Assembly: GCA_964057225.1 (NCBI GenBank)
Contig: OZ059894.1
Span: 24,180,001-24,244,000 of the forward strand
DNA length: 64,000 nt
Direction of reading: 5' to 3'
Source of the DNA: Auanema rhodensis
Lineage: Eukaryota > Animalia > Nematoda
In this document: piece by piece, positions 40,361 to 53,359 of the stretch
Position numbering within the stretch: the first letter of the stretch is position 1
Layout: every line of letters starts with the position of its first letter
Position numbers and translations under genes: made by a program
Notes under the pieces: generated by a model
Told to the model about the DNA's origin: nothing
The model's database searches: none
What the model saw: the letters and a program-made list of their open reading frames with translations, nothing else

Positions 40361-43300
40361 TGGTGCATGGTAACCATGACTTTGAAATTTACGTGAATTT
40401 TAATTTATGCTAATTAAATGTACACGTGATGTGCACTTGGTATGTAACTAGCTTCACGTGAAAGATAAAGAGATGCGGTTTTCAAAATTAGATTCCCTAT
40501 GTCCATATTAGTCTAAAAACAAATTTTTATTGATATTGGTGCATGGTAACCATGACTTTGAAATTTACGTGAACTTCAATTTATGCTAATTAAATGTACA
40601 CGTGATGTGCACTTGGTATGTAACTCGCTTCACGTGAAAGATAAAGAGATTCGGTTTTCAAAATTAGATTCCCCATGTCCATATTAGTCTAAAAACAAAT
40701 TTTTATTGATATTGGTTCATGGTAACCATGACTTTGAAATTTACGTGAACTTTAATTTATGCTAATTAAATGTACACGTGATGTGCACTTGGTATGTATT
40801 TCGCTTCACGTGAAAGATAAAGAGATGCGGTTTTCAAAATTAGATTCCCCATGTCCATATTAGTCTAAAAACAAATTTTTATTGATATTGGTTCATGGTA
40901 ACCATGACTTTGAAATTTACGTGAACTTTAATTTATGCTAATTAAATGTACACGTGATGTGCACTTGGTATGTATTTCGCTTCAAGTGAAAGATAAAGAG
41001 ATGCGGTTTTCAAAATTAGATTCCCCATGTCCATATTAGTCTAAAAACAAATTTTTATTGATATTGGTTCATGGTAACCATGACTTTGAAATTTACGTGA
41101 ACTTTAATTTATGCTAATTAAATGTACACGTGATGTGCACTTGGTATGTATTTCGCTTCACGTGAAAGATAAAGAGATGCGGTTTTCAAAATTAGATTCC
41201 CCATGTCCATATTAGTCTAAAAACAAATTTTTATTGATATTGGTGCATGGTAACCATGACTTTGAAATTTACGTGAATTTTAATTTATGCTAATTGAATG
41301 TACACGTGATGTGCACTTGGTATGTAACTAGCTTCACGTGAAAGATAAAGAGATGCGGTTTTCAAAATTAGATTCCCCATGTCCATATTAGTCTAAAAAC
41401 AAATTTTTATTGATATTGGTTCATGGTAACCATGACTTTGAAATTTACGTGAACTTTAATTTATGCTAATTAAATGTACACGTGATGTGCACTTGGTATG
41501 TAACTCGCTTCACGTGAAAGATAAAGAGATGCGGTTTTCAAAATTTGATTCCCCATGTCCATATTAGTCTAAAAACAAATTTTTATTGATATTGGTTCAT
41601 GGTAACCATGACTTTGAAATTTACGTGAACTTTAATTTATGCTAATTAAATGTACACGTGATGTGCACTTGGTATGTAACTCGCTTCACGTGAAAGATAA
41701 AGAGATGCGGTTTTCAAAATTAGATTCCCTATGTCCATATTAGTCTAAAAACAAATTTTTATTGATATTGGTTCATGGTAACCATGACTTTGAAATTTAC
41801 GTGAACTTTAATTTATGCTAATTAAATGTACACGTGATGTGCACTTGGTATGTAACTCGCTTCACGTGAAAGATAAAGAGATGCGGTTTTCAAAATTAGA
41901 TTCCCCATGTCCATATTAGTCTAAAAACAAATTTTTATTGATATTGGTTCATGATAACCATGACTTTGAAGTTTACGTGAACTTTAATTTATGCTAATTA
42001 AATGTACACTTGATGTGCACTTGGTATGTAACTCGCTTCACGTGTAAGATAAAGAGATGCGGTTTTCAAAATTAGATTCCCCATGTCCATATTAGTCTAA
42101 AAACAAATTTTTATTGATATTGGTGCATGGTAACCATGACTTTGAAATTTACGTGAATTTTAATTTATGCTAATTAAATGTACACGTGATGTGCACTTGG
42201 TATGTAACTAGCTTCACGTGAAAGATAAAGAGATGCGGTTTTCAAAATTAGATTCCCTATGTCCATATTAGTCTAAAAACAAATTTTTATTGATATTGGT
42301 GCATGGTAACCATGACTTTGAAATTTACGTGAACTTCAATTTATGCTAATTAAATGTACACGTGATGTGCACTTGGTATGTAACTCGCTTCACGTGAAAG
42401 ATAAAGAGATGCGGTTTTCAAAATTAGATTCCCCATGTCCATATTAGTCTAAAAACAAATTTTTATTGATATTGGTGCATGGTAACCATGACTTTGAAAT
42501 TTACGTGAACTTTAATTTATGCTAATTAAATGTACACGTGATGTGCACTTGGTATGTAACTCGCTTCACGTGAAAGATAAAGAGATGCGGTTTTCAAAAT
42601 TAGATTCCCCATGTCCATATTAGTCTAAAAACAAATTTTTATTGATATTGGTTCATGGTAACCATGACTTTGAAATTTACGTGAACTTTAATTTATGCTA
42701 ATTAAATGTACACGTGATGTGCACTTGGTATGTAACTCGCTTCACGTGAAAGATAAAGAGATGCGGTTTTCAAAATTAGATTCCCCATGTTCATATTAGT
42801 CTAAAAACAAATTTTTATTGATATTGGTTCATGGTAACCATGACTTTGAAATTTACGTGAACTTTAATTTATGCTAATTAAATGTACACGTGATGTGCAC
42901 TTGGTATGTAACTCGCTTCACGTGAAAGATAAAGAGATGCGGTTTTCAAAATTAGATTCCCCATGTCCATATTAGTCTAAAAACAAATTTTTATTGATAT
43001 TGGTTCATGATAACCATGACTTTGAAGTTTACGTGAACTTTAATTTATGCTAATTAAATGTACACTTGATGTGCACTTGGTATGTAACTCGCTTCACGTG
43101 TAAGATAAAGAGATGCGGTTTTCAAAATTAGATTCCCCATGTCCATATTAGTCTAAAAACAAATTTTTATTGATATTGGTGCATGGTAACCATGACTTTG
43201 AAATTTACGTGAATTTTAATTTATGCTAATTAAATGTACACGTGATGTGCACTTGGTATGTAACTAGCTTCACGTGAAAGATAAAGAGATGCGGTTTTCA

Positions 43301-45999
43301 AAATTAGATTCCCTATGTCCATATTAGTCTAAAAACAAATTTTTATTGATATTGGTGCATGGTAACCATGACTTTGAAATTTACGTGAACTTTAATTTAT
43401 GCTAATTAAATGTACACGTGATGTGCACTTGGTATGTAACTCGCTTCACGTGAAAGATAAAGAGATGCGGTTTTCAAAATTAGATTCCCCATGTTCATAT
43501 TAGTCTAAAAACAAATTTTTATTGATATTGGTTCATGGTAACCATGACTTTGAAATTTACGTGAACTTTAATTTATGCTAATTAAATGTACACGTGATGT
43601 GCACTTGGTATGTAACTCGCTTCACGTGAAAGATAAAGAGATGCGGTTTTCAAAATTAGATTCCCCATGTCCATATTAGTCTAAAAACAAATTTTTATTG
43701 ATATTGGTTCATGATAACCATGACTTTGAAGTTTACGTGAACTTTAATTTATGCTAATTAAATGTACACTTGATGTGCACTTGGTATGTAACTCGCTTCA
43801 CGTGTAAGATAAAGAGATGCGGTTTTCAAAATTAGATTCCCCATGTCCATATTAGTCTAAAAACAAATTTTTATTGATATTGGTGCATGGTAACCATGAC
43901 TTTGAAATTTACGTGAATTTTAATTTATGCTAATTAAATGTACACGTGATGTGCACTTGGTATGTAACTAGCTTCACGTGAAAGATAAAGAGATGCGGTT
44001 TTCAAAATTAGATTCCCTATGTCCATATTAGTCTAAAAACAAATTTTTATTGATATTGGTGCATGGTAACCATGACTTTGAAATTTACGTGAACTTCAAT
44101 TTATGCTAATTAAATGTACACGTGATGTGCACTTGGTATGTAACTCGCTTCACGTGAAAGATAAAGAGATGCGGTTTTCAAAATTAGATTCCCCATGTCC
44201 ATATTAGTCTAAAAACAAATTTTTATTGATATTGGTTCATGATAACCATGACTTTGAAATTTACGTGAACTTTAATTTATGCTAATTAAATGTACACGTG
44301 ATGTGCACTTGGTATGTAACTCGCTTCACGTGAAAGATAAAGAGATGCGGTTTTCAAAATTAGATTCTCCATGTCCATATTAGTCTAAAAACAAATTTTT
44401 ATTGATATTGGTTCATGGTAACCATGACTTTGAAATTTACGTGAACTTTAATTTATGCTAATTAAATGTACACGTGATGTGCACTTGGTATGTAACTCGC
44501 TTCACGTGAAAGATAAAGAGATGCGGTTTTTAAAGTTAGATTCCCCATGTCCATATTAGTCTAAAAACAAATTTTTATTGATATTGGTTCATGGTAACCA
44601 TGACTTTGAAATTTACGTGAACTTTAATTTATGCTAATTAAATGTACACGTGATGTGCACTTGGTATGTAACTCGCTTCACGTGAAAGATAAAGAGATGC
44701 GGTTTTCAAAATTAGATTCCCCATGTCCATATTAGTCTAAAAACAAATTTTTATTGATATTGGTGCATGGTAACCATGACTTTGAAATTTACGTGAACTT
44801 TAATTTATGCTAAATAAATGTACACGTGATGTGCACTTGGTATGTAACTCGCTTCACGTGAAAGATAAAGAGATTCGGTTTTCAAAATTAGATTCCCCAT
44901 GTCCATATTAGTCTAAAAACTAATTTTTATTGATATTGGTTCATGGTAACCATGACTTTGAAATTTACGTGAACTTTAATTTATGCTAATTAAATGTACA
45001 CGTGATGTGCACTTGGTATGTATTTCGCTTCACGTGAAAGATAAAGAGATGCGGTTTTCAAAATTAGATTCCCCATGTCCATATTAGTCTAAAAACAAAT
45101 TTTTATTGATATTGGTTCATGGTAACCATGACTTTGAAATTTACGTGAACTTTAATTTATGCTAATTAAATGTACACGTGATGTGCACTTGGTATGTATT
45201 TCGCTTCAAGTGAAAGATAAAGAGATGCGGTTTTCAAAATTAGATTCCCCATGTCCATATTAGTCTAAAAACAAATTTTTATTGATATTGGTTCATGGTA
45301 ACCATGACTTTGAAATTTACGTGAACTTTAATTTATGCTAATTAAATGTACACGTGATGTGCACTTGGTATGTATTTCGCTTCACGTGAAAGATAAAGAG
45401 ATGCGGTTTTCAAAATTAGATTCCCCATGTCCATATTAGTCTAAAAACAAATTTTTATTGATATTGGTGCATGGTAACCATGACTTTGAAATTTACGTGA
45501 ATTTTAATTTATGCTAATTGAATGTACACGTGATGTGCACTTGGTATGTAACTAGCTTCACGTGAAAGATAAAGAGATGCGGTTTTCAAAATTAGATTCC
45601 CCATGTCCATATTAGTCTAAAAACAAATTTTTATTGATATTGGTTCATGGTAACCATGACTTTGAAATTTACGTGAACTTTAATTTATGCTAATTAAATG
45701 TACACGTGATGTGCACTTGGTATGTAACTCGCTTCACGTGAAAGATAAAGAGATGCGGTTTTCAAAATTAGATTCCCCATGTCCATATTAGTCTAAAAAC
45801 AAATTTTTATTGATATTGGTTCATGGTAACCATGACTTTGAAATTTACGTGAACTTTAATTTATGCTAATTAAATGTACACGTGATGTGCACTTGGTATG
45901 TAACTCGCTTCACGTGAAAGATAAAGAGATGCGGTTTTCAAAATTAGATTCCCTATGTCCATATTAGTCTAAAAACAAATTTTTATTGATATTGGTTCA

Positions 46000-48900
46000 T
46001 GGTAACCATGACTTTGAAATTTACGTGAACTTTAATTTATGCTAATTAAATGTACACGTGATGTGCACTTGGTATGTAACTCGTTTCACGTGAAAGATAA
46101 AGAGATGCGGTTTTCAAAATTAGATTCCCCATGTCCATATTAGTCTAAAAACAAATTTTTATTGATATTGGTGCATGGTAACCATGACTTTGAAATTTAC
46201 GTGAACTTTAATTTATGCTAATTAAATGTACACGTGATGTGCACTTGGTATGTAACTCGCTTCACGTGAAAGATAAAGAGATGCGGTTTTCAAAATTAGA
46301 TTCCCCATGTCCATATTAGTCTAAAAACAAATTTTTATTGATATTGGTTCATGGTAACCATGACTTTGAAATTTACGTGAACTTTAATTTATGCTAATTA
46401 AATGTACACGTGATGTGCACTTGGTATGTAACTCGCTTCACGTGAAAGATAAAGAGATGCGGTTTTCAAAATTAGATTCCCCATGTCCATATTAGTCTAA
46501 AAACAAATTTTTATTGATATTGGTTCATGGTAACCATGACTTTGAAATTTACGTGAACTTTAATTTATGCTAATTAAATGTACACGTGTTGTGCACTTGG
46601 TATGTAACTCGCTTCACGTGAAAGATAAAGAGATGCGGTTTTCAAAATTAGATTCCCCATGTCCATATTAGTCTAAAAACAAATTTTTATTGATATTGGT
46701 GCATGGTAACCATGACTTTGAAATTTACGTGAACTTTAATTTATGCTAATTAAATGTACACGTGATGTGCACTTGGTATGTAACTCGCTTCACGTGAAAG
46801 ATAAAGAGATGCGGTTTTCAAAATTAGATTCCCCATGTCCATATTAGTCTAAAAACAAATTTTTATTGATATTGGTTCATGGTAACCATGACTTTGAAAT
46901 TTACGTGAACTTTAATTTATGCTAATTAAATGTACACGTGATGTGCACTTGGTATGTAACTCGCTTCACGTGAAAGATAAAGAGATGCGGTTTTCAAAAT
47001 TAGATTCCCCATGTCCATATTAGTCTAAAAACAAATTTTTATTGATATTGGTTCATGGTAACCATGACTTTGAAATTTACGTGAACTTTAATTTATGCTA
47101 ATTAAATGTACACGTGTTGTGCACTTGGTATGTAACTCGCTTCACGTGAAAGATAAAGAGATGCGGTTTTCAAAATTAGATTCCCCATGTCCATATTAGT
47201 CTAAAAACAAATTTTTATTGATATTGGTGCATGGTAACCATGACTTTGAAATTTACGTGAACTTTAATTTATGCTAATTAAATGTACACGTGATGTGCCC
47301 TCGGTATGTAACTCGCTTCACGTGAAAGATAAAGAGATGCGGTTTTCAAAATTAGATTCCCCATGTCCATATTAGTCTAAAAACAAATTTTTATTGATAT
47401 TGGTGCATGGTAACCATGACTTTGAAATTTACGTGAACTTTAATTTATGCTAATTAAATGTACACGTGATGTGCACTTGGTATGTAACTCGCTTCACGTG
47501 AAAGATAAAGAGATGCGGTTTTCAAAATTAGATTCCCCATGTCCATATTAGTCTAAAAACAAATTTTTATTGATATTGGTTCATGGTAACCATGACTTTG
47601 AAATTTACGTGAACTTCAATTTATGCTAATTAAATGTACACGTGATGTGCACTTGGTATGTAACTCGCTTCACGTGAAAGATGAAGAGATGCGGTTTTCA
47701 AAATTAGATTTCCTATGTCCATATTAGTCTAAAAACAAATTTTTATTGATATTGGTTCATGGTAACCATGACTTTGAAATTTACGTGAACTTTAATTTAT
47801 GCTAATTAAATGTACACGTGATGTGCACTTGGTATGTAACTCGCTTCACGTGAAAGATAAAGAGATGCGGTTTTCAAAATTAGATTCCCCATGTCCATAT
47901 TAGTCTAAAAACAAGTTTTTATTGATATTGGTTCATGGTAACCATGACTTTGAAATTTACGTGAACTTTAATTTATGCTAATCAAATGTACACGTGATGT
48001 GCACTTGGTATGTAACTCGCTTCACGTAAAAGATAAAGAGATGCGGTTTTCAAAATTAGATTCCCCATGTCCATATTAGTCTAAAAACAAATTTTTATTG
48101 ATATTGGTTCATGGTAACCATGACTTTGAAATTTACGTGAACTTTAATTTATGCTAATTAAATGTACACGTGATGTGCACTTGGTATGTAACTCGCTTCA
48201 CGTGAAAGATAAAGAGATGCGGTTTTCAAAATTAGATTCCCCATGTCCATATTAGTCTAAAAACAAATTTTTATTGATATTGGTTCATGGTAACCATGAC
48301 TTTGAAATTTACGTGAACTTTAATTTATGCTAATTAAATGTACACGTGATGTGCACTTGGTATGTAACTCGTTTCACGTGAAAGATAAAGAGATGCGGTT
48401 TTCAAAATTAGATTCCCCATGTCCATATTAGTCTAAAAACAAATTTTTATTGATATTGGTGCATGGTAACCATGACTTTGAAATTTACGTGAACTTTAAT
48501 TTATGCTAATTAAATGTACACGTGATGTGCCCTTGGTATGTAACTCGCTTCACGTGAAAGATAAAGAGATGCGGTTTTCAAAATTAGATTCCCCATGTCC
48601 ATATTAGTCTAAAAACAAATTTTTATTGATATTGGTTCATGGTAACCATGACTTTGAAATTTACGTGAACTTTAATTTATGCTAATTAAATGTACACGTG
48701 ATGTGCACTTGGTATGTAACTCGCTTCACGTGAAAGATAAAGAGATGCGGTTTTCAAAATTAGATTCCCCATGTCCATTTTAGTCTAAAAACAAATTTTT
48801 ATTGATATTGGTTCATGGTAACCATGACTTTGAAATTTACGTGAACTTTAATTTATGCTAATTAAATGTACACGTGTTGTGCACTTGGTATGTAACTCGC

Positions 48901-50330
48901 TTCACGTGAAAGATAAAGAGATGCGGTTTTCAAAATTAGATTCCCCATGTCCATATTAGTCTAAAAACAAATTTTTATTGATATTGGTGCATGGTAACCA
49001 TGACTTTGAAATTTACGTGAACTTTAATTTATGCTAATTAAATGTACACGTGATGTGCACTTGGTATGTAACTCGCTTCACGTGAAAGATAAAGAGATGC
49101 GGTTTTCAAAATTAGATTCCCCATGTCCATATTAGTCTAAAAACAAATTTTTATTGATATTGGTTCATGGTAACCATGACTTTGAAATTTACGTGAACTT
49201 TAATTTATGCTAATTAAATGTACACGTGATGTGCACTTGGTATGTAACTCGCTTCACGTGAAAGATAAAGAGATGCGGTTTTCAAAATTAGATTCCCCAT
49301 GTCCATATTAGTCTAAAAACAAATTTTTATTGATATTGGTTCATGGTAACCATGACTTTGAAATTTACGTGAACTTTAATTTATGCTAATTAAATGTACA
49401 CGTGTTGTGCACTTGGTATGTAACTCGCTTCACGTGAAAGATAAAGAGATGCGGTTTTCAAAATTAGATTCCCCATGTCCATATTAGTCTAAAAACAAAT
49501 TTTTATTGATATTGGTGCATGGTAACCATGACTTTGAAATTTACGTGAACTTTAATTTATGCTAATTAAATGTACACGTGATGTGCCCTCGGTATGTAAC
49601 TCGCTTCACGTGAAAGATAAAGAGATGCGGTTTTCAAAATTAGATTCCCCATGTCCATATTAGTCTAAAAACAAATTTTTATTGATATTGGTGCATGGTA
49701 ACCATGACTTTGAAATTTACGTGAACTTTAATTTATGCTAATTAAATGTACACGTGATGTGCACTTGGTATGTAACTCGCTTCACGTGAAAGATAAAGAG
49801 ATGCGGTTTTCAAAATTAGATTCCCCATGTCCATATTAGTCTAAAAACAAATTTTTATTGATATTGGTTCATGGTAACCATGACTTTGAAATTTACGTGA
49901 ACTTCAATTTATGCTAATTAAATGTACACGTGATGTGCACTTGGTATGTAACTCGCTTCACGTGAAAGATGAAGAGATGCGGTTTTCAAAATTAGATTTC
50001 CTATGTCCATATTAGTCTAAAAACAAATTTTTATTGATATTGGTTCATGGTAACCATGACTTTGAAATTTACGTGAACTTTAATTTATGCTAATTAAATG
50101 TACACGTGATGTGCACTTGGTATGTAACTCGCTTCACGTGAAAGATAAAGAGATGCGGTTTTCAAAATTAGATTCCCCATGTCCATATTAGTCTAAAAAC
50201 AAATTTTTATTGATATTGGTTCATGGTAACCATGACTTTGAAATTTACGTGAACTTTAATTTATGCTAATTAAATGTACACGTGATGTGCACTTGGTATG
50301 TAACTCGCTTCACGTGAAAGATAAAGAGAT
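46000..50330. repeat. Duplication with a 13-monomer (2288-bp) period, containing an internal 3-monomer duplication
   Basis: C148T 46084/48372, A125T 46589/48877 and 47117/49405, A131C 47299/49587 and C15T 47711/49999 are all 2288 bp apart. Confidence 0.88.
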
Positions 50331-52902
50331 GCGGTTTTCAAAATTAGATTCCCCATGTCCATATTAGTCTAAAAACAAATTTTTATTGATATTGGTTCAT
50401 GGTAACCATGACTTTGAAATTTACGTGAACTTTAATTTATGCTAATTAAATGTACACGTGATGTGCACTTGGTATGTAACTCGCTTCACGTGAAAGATAA
50501 AGAGATGCGGTTTTCAAAATTAGATTCCCCATGTCCATATTAGTCTAAAAACAAATTTTTATTGATATTGGTTCATGGTAACCATGACTTTGAAATTTAC
50601 GTGAACTTCAATTTATGCTAATTAAATGTACACGTGATGTGCACTTGGTATGTAACTCGCTTCACGTGAAAGATGAAGAGATGCGGTTTTCAAAATTAGA
50701 TTCCCTATGTCCATATTAGTCTAAAAACAAATTTTTATTGATATTGGTTCATGGTAACCATGACTTTGAAATTTACGTGAACTTTAATTTATGCTAATTA
50801 AATGTACACGTGATGTGCACTTGGTATGTAACTCGCTTCACGTGAAAGATAAAGAGATGCGGTTTTCAAAATTAGATTCCCCATGTCCATATTAGTCTAA
50901 AAACAAATTTTTATTGATATTGGTTCATGGTAACCATGACTTTGAAATTTACGTGAACTTCAATTTATGCTAATTAAATGTACACGTGATGTGCACTTGG
51001 TATGTAACTCGCTTCACGTGAAAGATGAAGAGATGCGGTTTTCAAAATTAGATTTCCTATGTCCATATTAGTCTAAAAACAAATTTTTATTGATATTGGT
51101 TCATGGTAACCATGACTTTGAAATTTACGTGAACTTTAATTTATGCTAATTAAATGTACACGTGATGTGCACTTGGTATGTAACTCGCTTCACGTGAAAG
51201 ATAAAGAGATGCGGTTTTCAAAATTAGATTCCCCATGTCCATATTAGTCTAAAAACAAATTTTTATTGATATTGGTTCATGGTAACCATGACTTTGAAAT
51301 TTACGTGAACTTTAATTTATGCTAATTAAATGTACACGTGATGTGCACTTGGTATGTAACTCGCTTCACGTGAAAGATAAAGAGATGCGGTTTTCAAAAT
51401 TAGATTCCCCATGTCCATATTAGTCTAAAAACAAACTTTTATTGATATTGGTTCATGGTAACCATGACTTTGAAATTTACGTGAACTTTAATTTATGCTA
51501 ATTAAATGTACACGTGATGTGCACTTGGTATGTAACTCGCTTCACGTGAAAGATAAAGAGATGCGGTTTTCAAAATTAGATTCCCCATGTCCATATTAGT
51601 CTAAAAACAAATTTTTATTGATATTGGTTCATGGTAACCATGACTTTGAAATTTACGTGAACTTCAATTTATGCTAATTAAATGTACACGTGATGTGCAC
51701 TTGGTATGTAACTCGCTTCACGTGAAAGATGAAGAGATGCGGTTTTCAAAATTAGATTCCCTATGTCCATATTAGTCTAAAAACAAATTTTTATTGATAT
51801 TGGTTCATGGTAACCATGACTTTGAAATTTACGTGAACTTTAATTTATGCTAATTAAATGTACACGTGATGTGCACTTGGTATGTAACTCGCTTCACGTG
51901 AAAGATAAAGAGATGCGGTTTTCAAAATTAGATTCCCCATGTCCATATTAGTCTAAAAACAAATTTTTATTGATATTGGTTCATGGTAACCATGACTTTG
52001 AAATTTACGTGAACTTCAATTTATGCTAATTAAATGTACACGTGATGTGCACTTGGTATGTAACTCGCTTCACGTGAAAGATGAAGAGATGCGGTTTTCA
52101 AAATTAGATTCCCTATGTCCATATTAGTCTAAAAACAAATTTTTATTGATATTGGTTCATGGTAACCATGACTTTGAAATTTACGTGAACTTTAATTTAT
52201 GCTAATTAAATGTACACGTGATGTGCACTTGGTATGTAACTCGCTTCACGTGAAAGATAAAGAGATGCGGTTTTCAAAATTAGATTCCCCATGTCCATAT
52301 TAGTCTAAAAACAAATTTTTATTGATATTGGTTCATGGTAACCATGACTTTGAAATTTACGTGAACTTTAATTTATGCTAATTAAATGTACACGTGATGT
52401 GCACTTGGTATGTAACTCGCTTCACGTGAAAGATGAAGAGATGCGGTTTTCAAAATTAGATTCCCTATGTCCATATTAGTCTAAAAACAAATTTTTATTG
52501 ATATTGGTTCATGGTAACCATGACTTTGAAATTTACGTGAACTTTAATTTATGCTAATTAAATGTACACGTGATGTGCACTTGGTATGTAACTCGCTTCA
52601 CGTGAAAGATAAAGAGATGCGGTTTTCAAAATTAGATTCCCCATGTCCATATTAGTCTAAAAACAAATTTTTATTGATATTGGTTCATGGTAACCATGAC
52701 TTTGAAATTTACGTGAACTTCAATTTATGCTAATTAAATGTACACGTGATGTGCACTTGGTATGTAACTCGCTTCACGTGAAAGATGAAGAGATGCGGTT
52801 TTCAAAATTAGATTCCCTATGTCCATATTAGTCTAAAAACAAATTTTTATTGATATTGGTGCATGGTAACCATGACTTTGAAATTTACGTGAACTTTAAT
52901 TT

Positions 52903-53085
52903 ATGCTAATTAAATGTACACGTGATGTGCACTTGGTATGTAACTCGCTTCACGTGAAAGATAAAGAGATGCGGTTTTCAAAATTAGATTCCCCATGTCC
53001 ATATCAGTCTAAAAACAAATTTTTATTGATATTGGTTCATGGTAACCATGACTTTGAAATTTACGTGAACTTTAATTTATGCTAA
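52903..53085 (+). other. Incidental 60-codon ORF within the satellite, not considered a gene
   Basis: Typical monomers have ATG at position 103 reading MLIKCTRDVHLVCNSLHVKDKEMRFSKLDSPCPY then TAG. A unique T to C at 53005 turns TAG into CAG (Q) in this copy only. Confidence 0.9.
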
Positions 53086-53359
53086 TTAAATGTACACGTG
53101 ATGTGCACTTGGTATGTAACTCGCTTCACGTGAAAGATAAAGAGATGCGGTTTTCAAAATTAGATTCCCCATGTCCATATTAGTCTAAAAACAAATTTTT
53201 ATTGATATTGGTTCATGGTAACCATGACTTTGAAATTTACGTGAACTTTGATTTATGCTAATTAAATGTACACGTGATGTGCACTTGGTATGTAACTCGC
53301 TTCACGTGAAAGATAAAGAGATGCGGTTTTCAAAATTAGATTCCTCATGTCCATATTAG

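Noticed and set aside
1-52801. Global 2640-bp (15-mer) higher-order repeat
   Set aside because: The visual recurrence every 44 lines is just the least common multiple of 176 and the 60-column layout. Variants support a 15-monomer offset only locally.
52903-53085. 60-aa ORF as a protein-coding gene
   Set aside because: It lies wholly within the satellite, exists only through a single TAG-to-CAG change at 53005, and has no recognisable domain or gene context.
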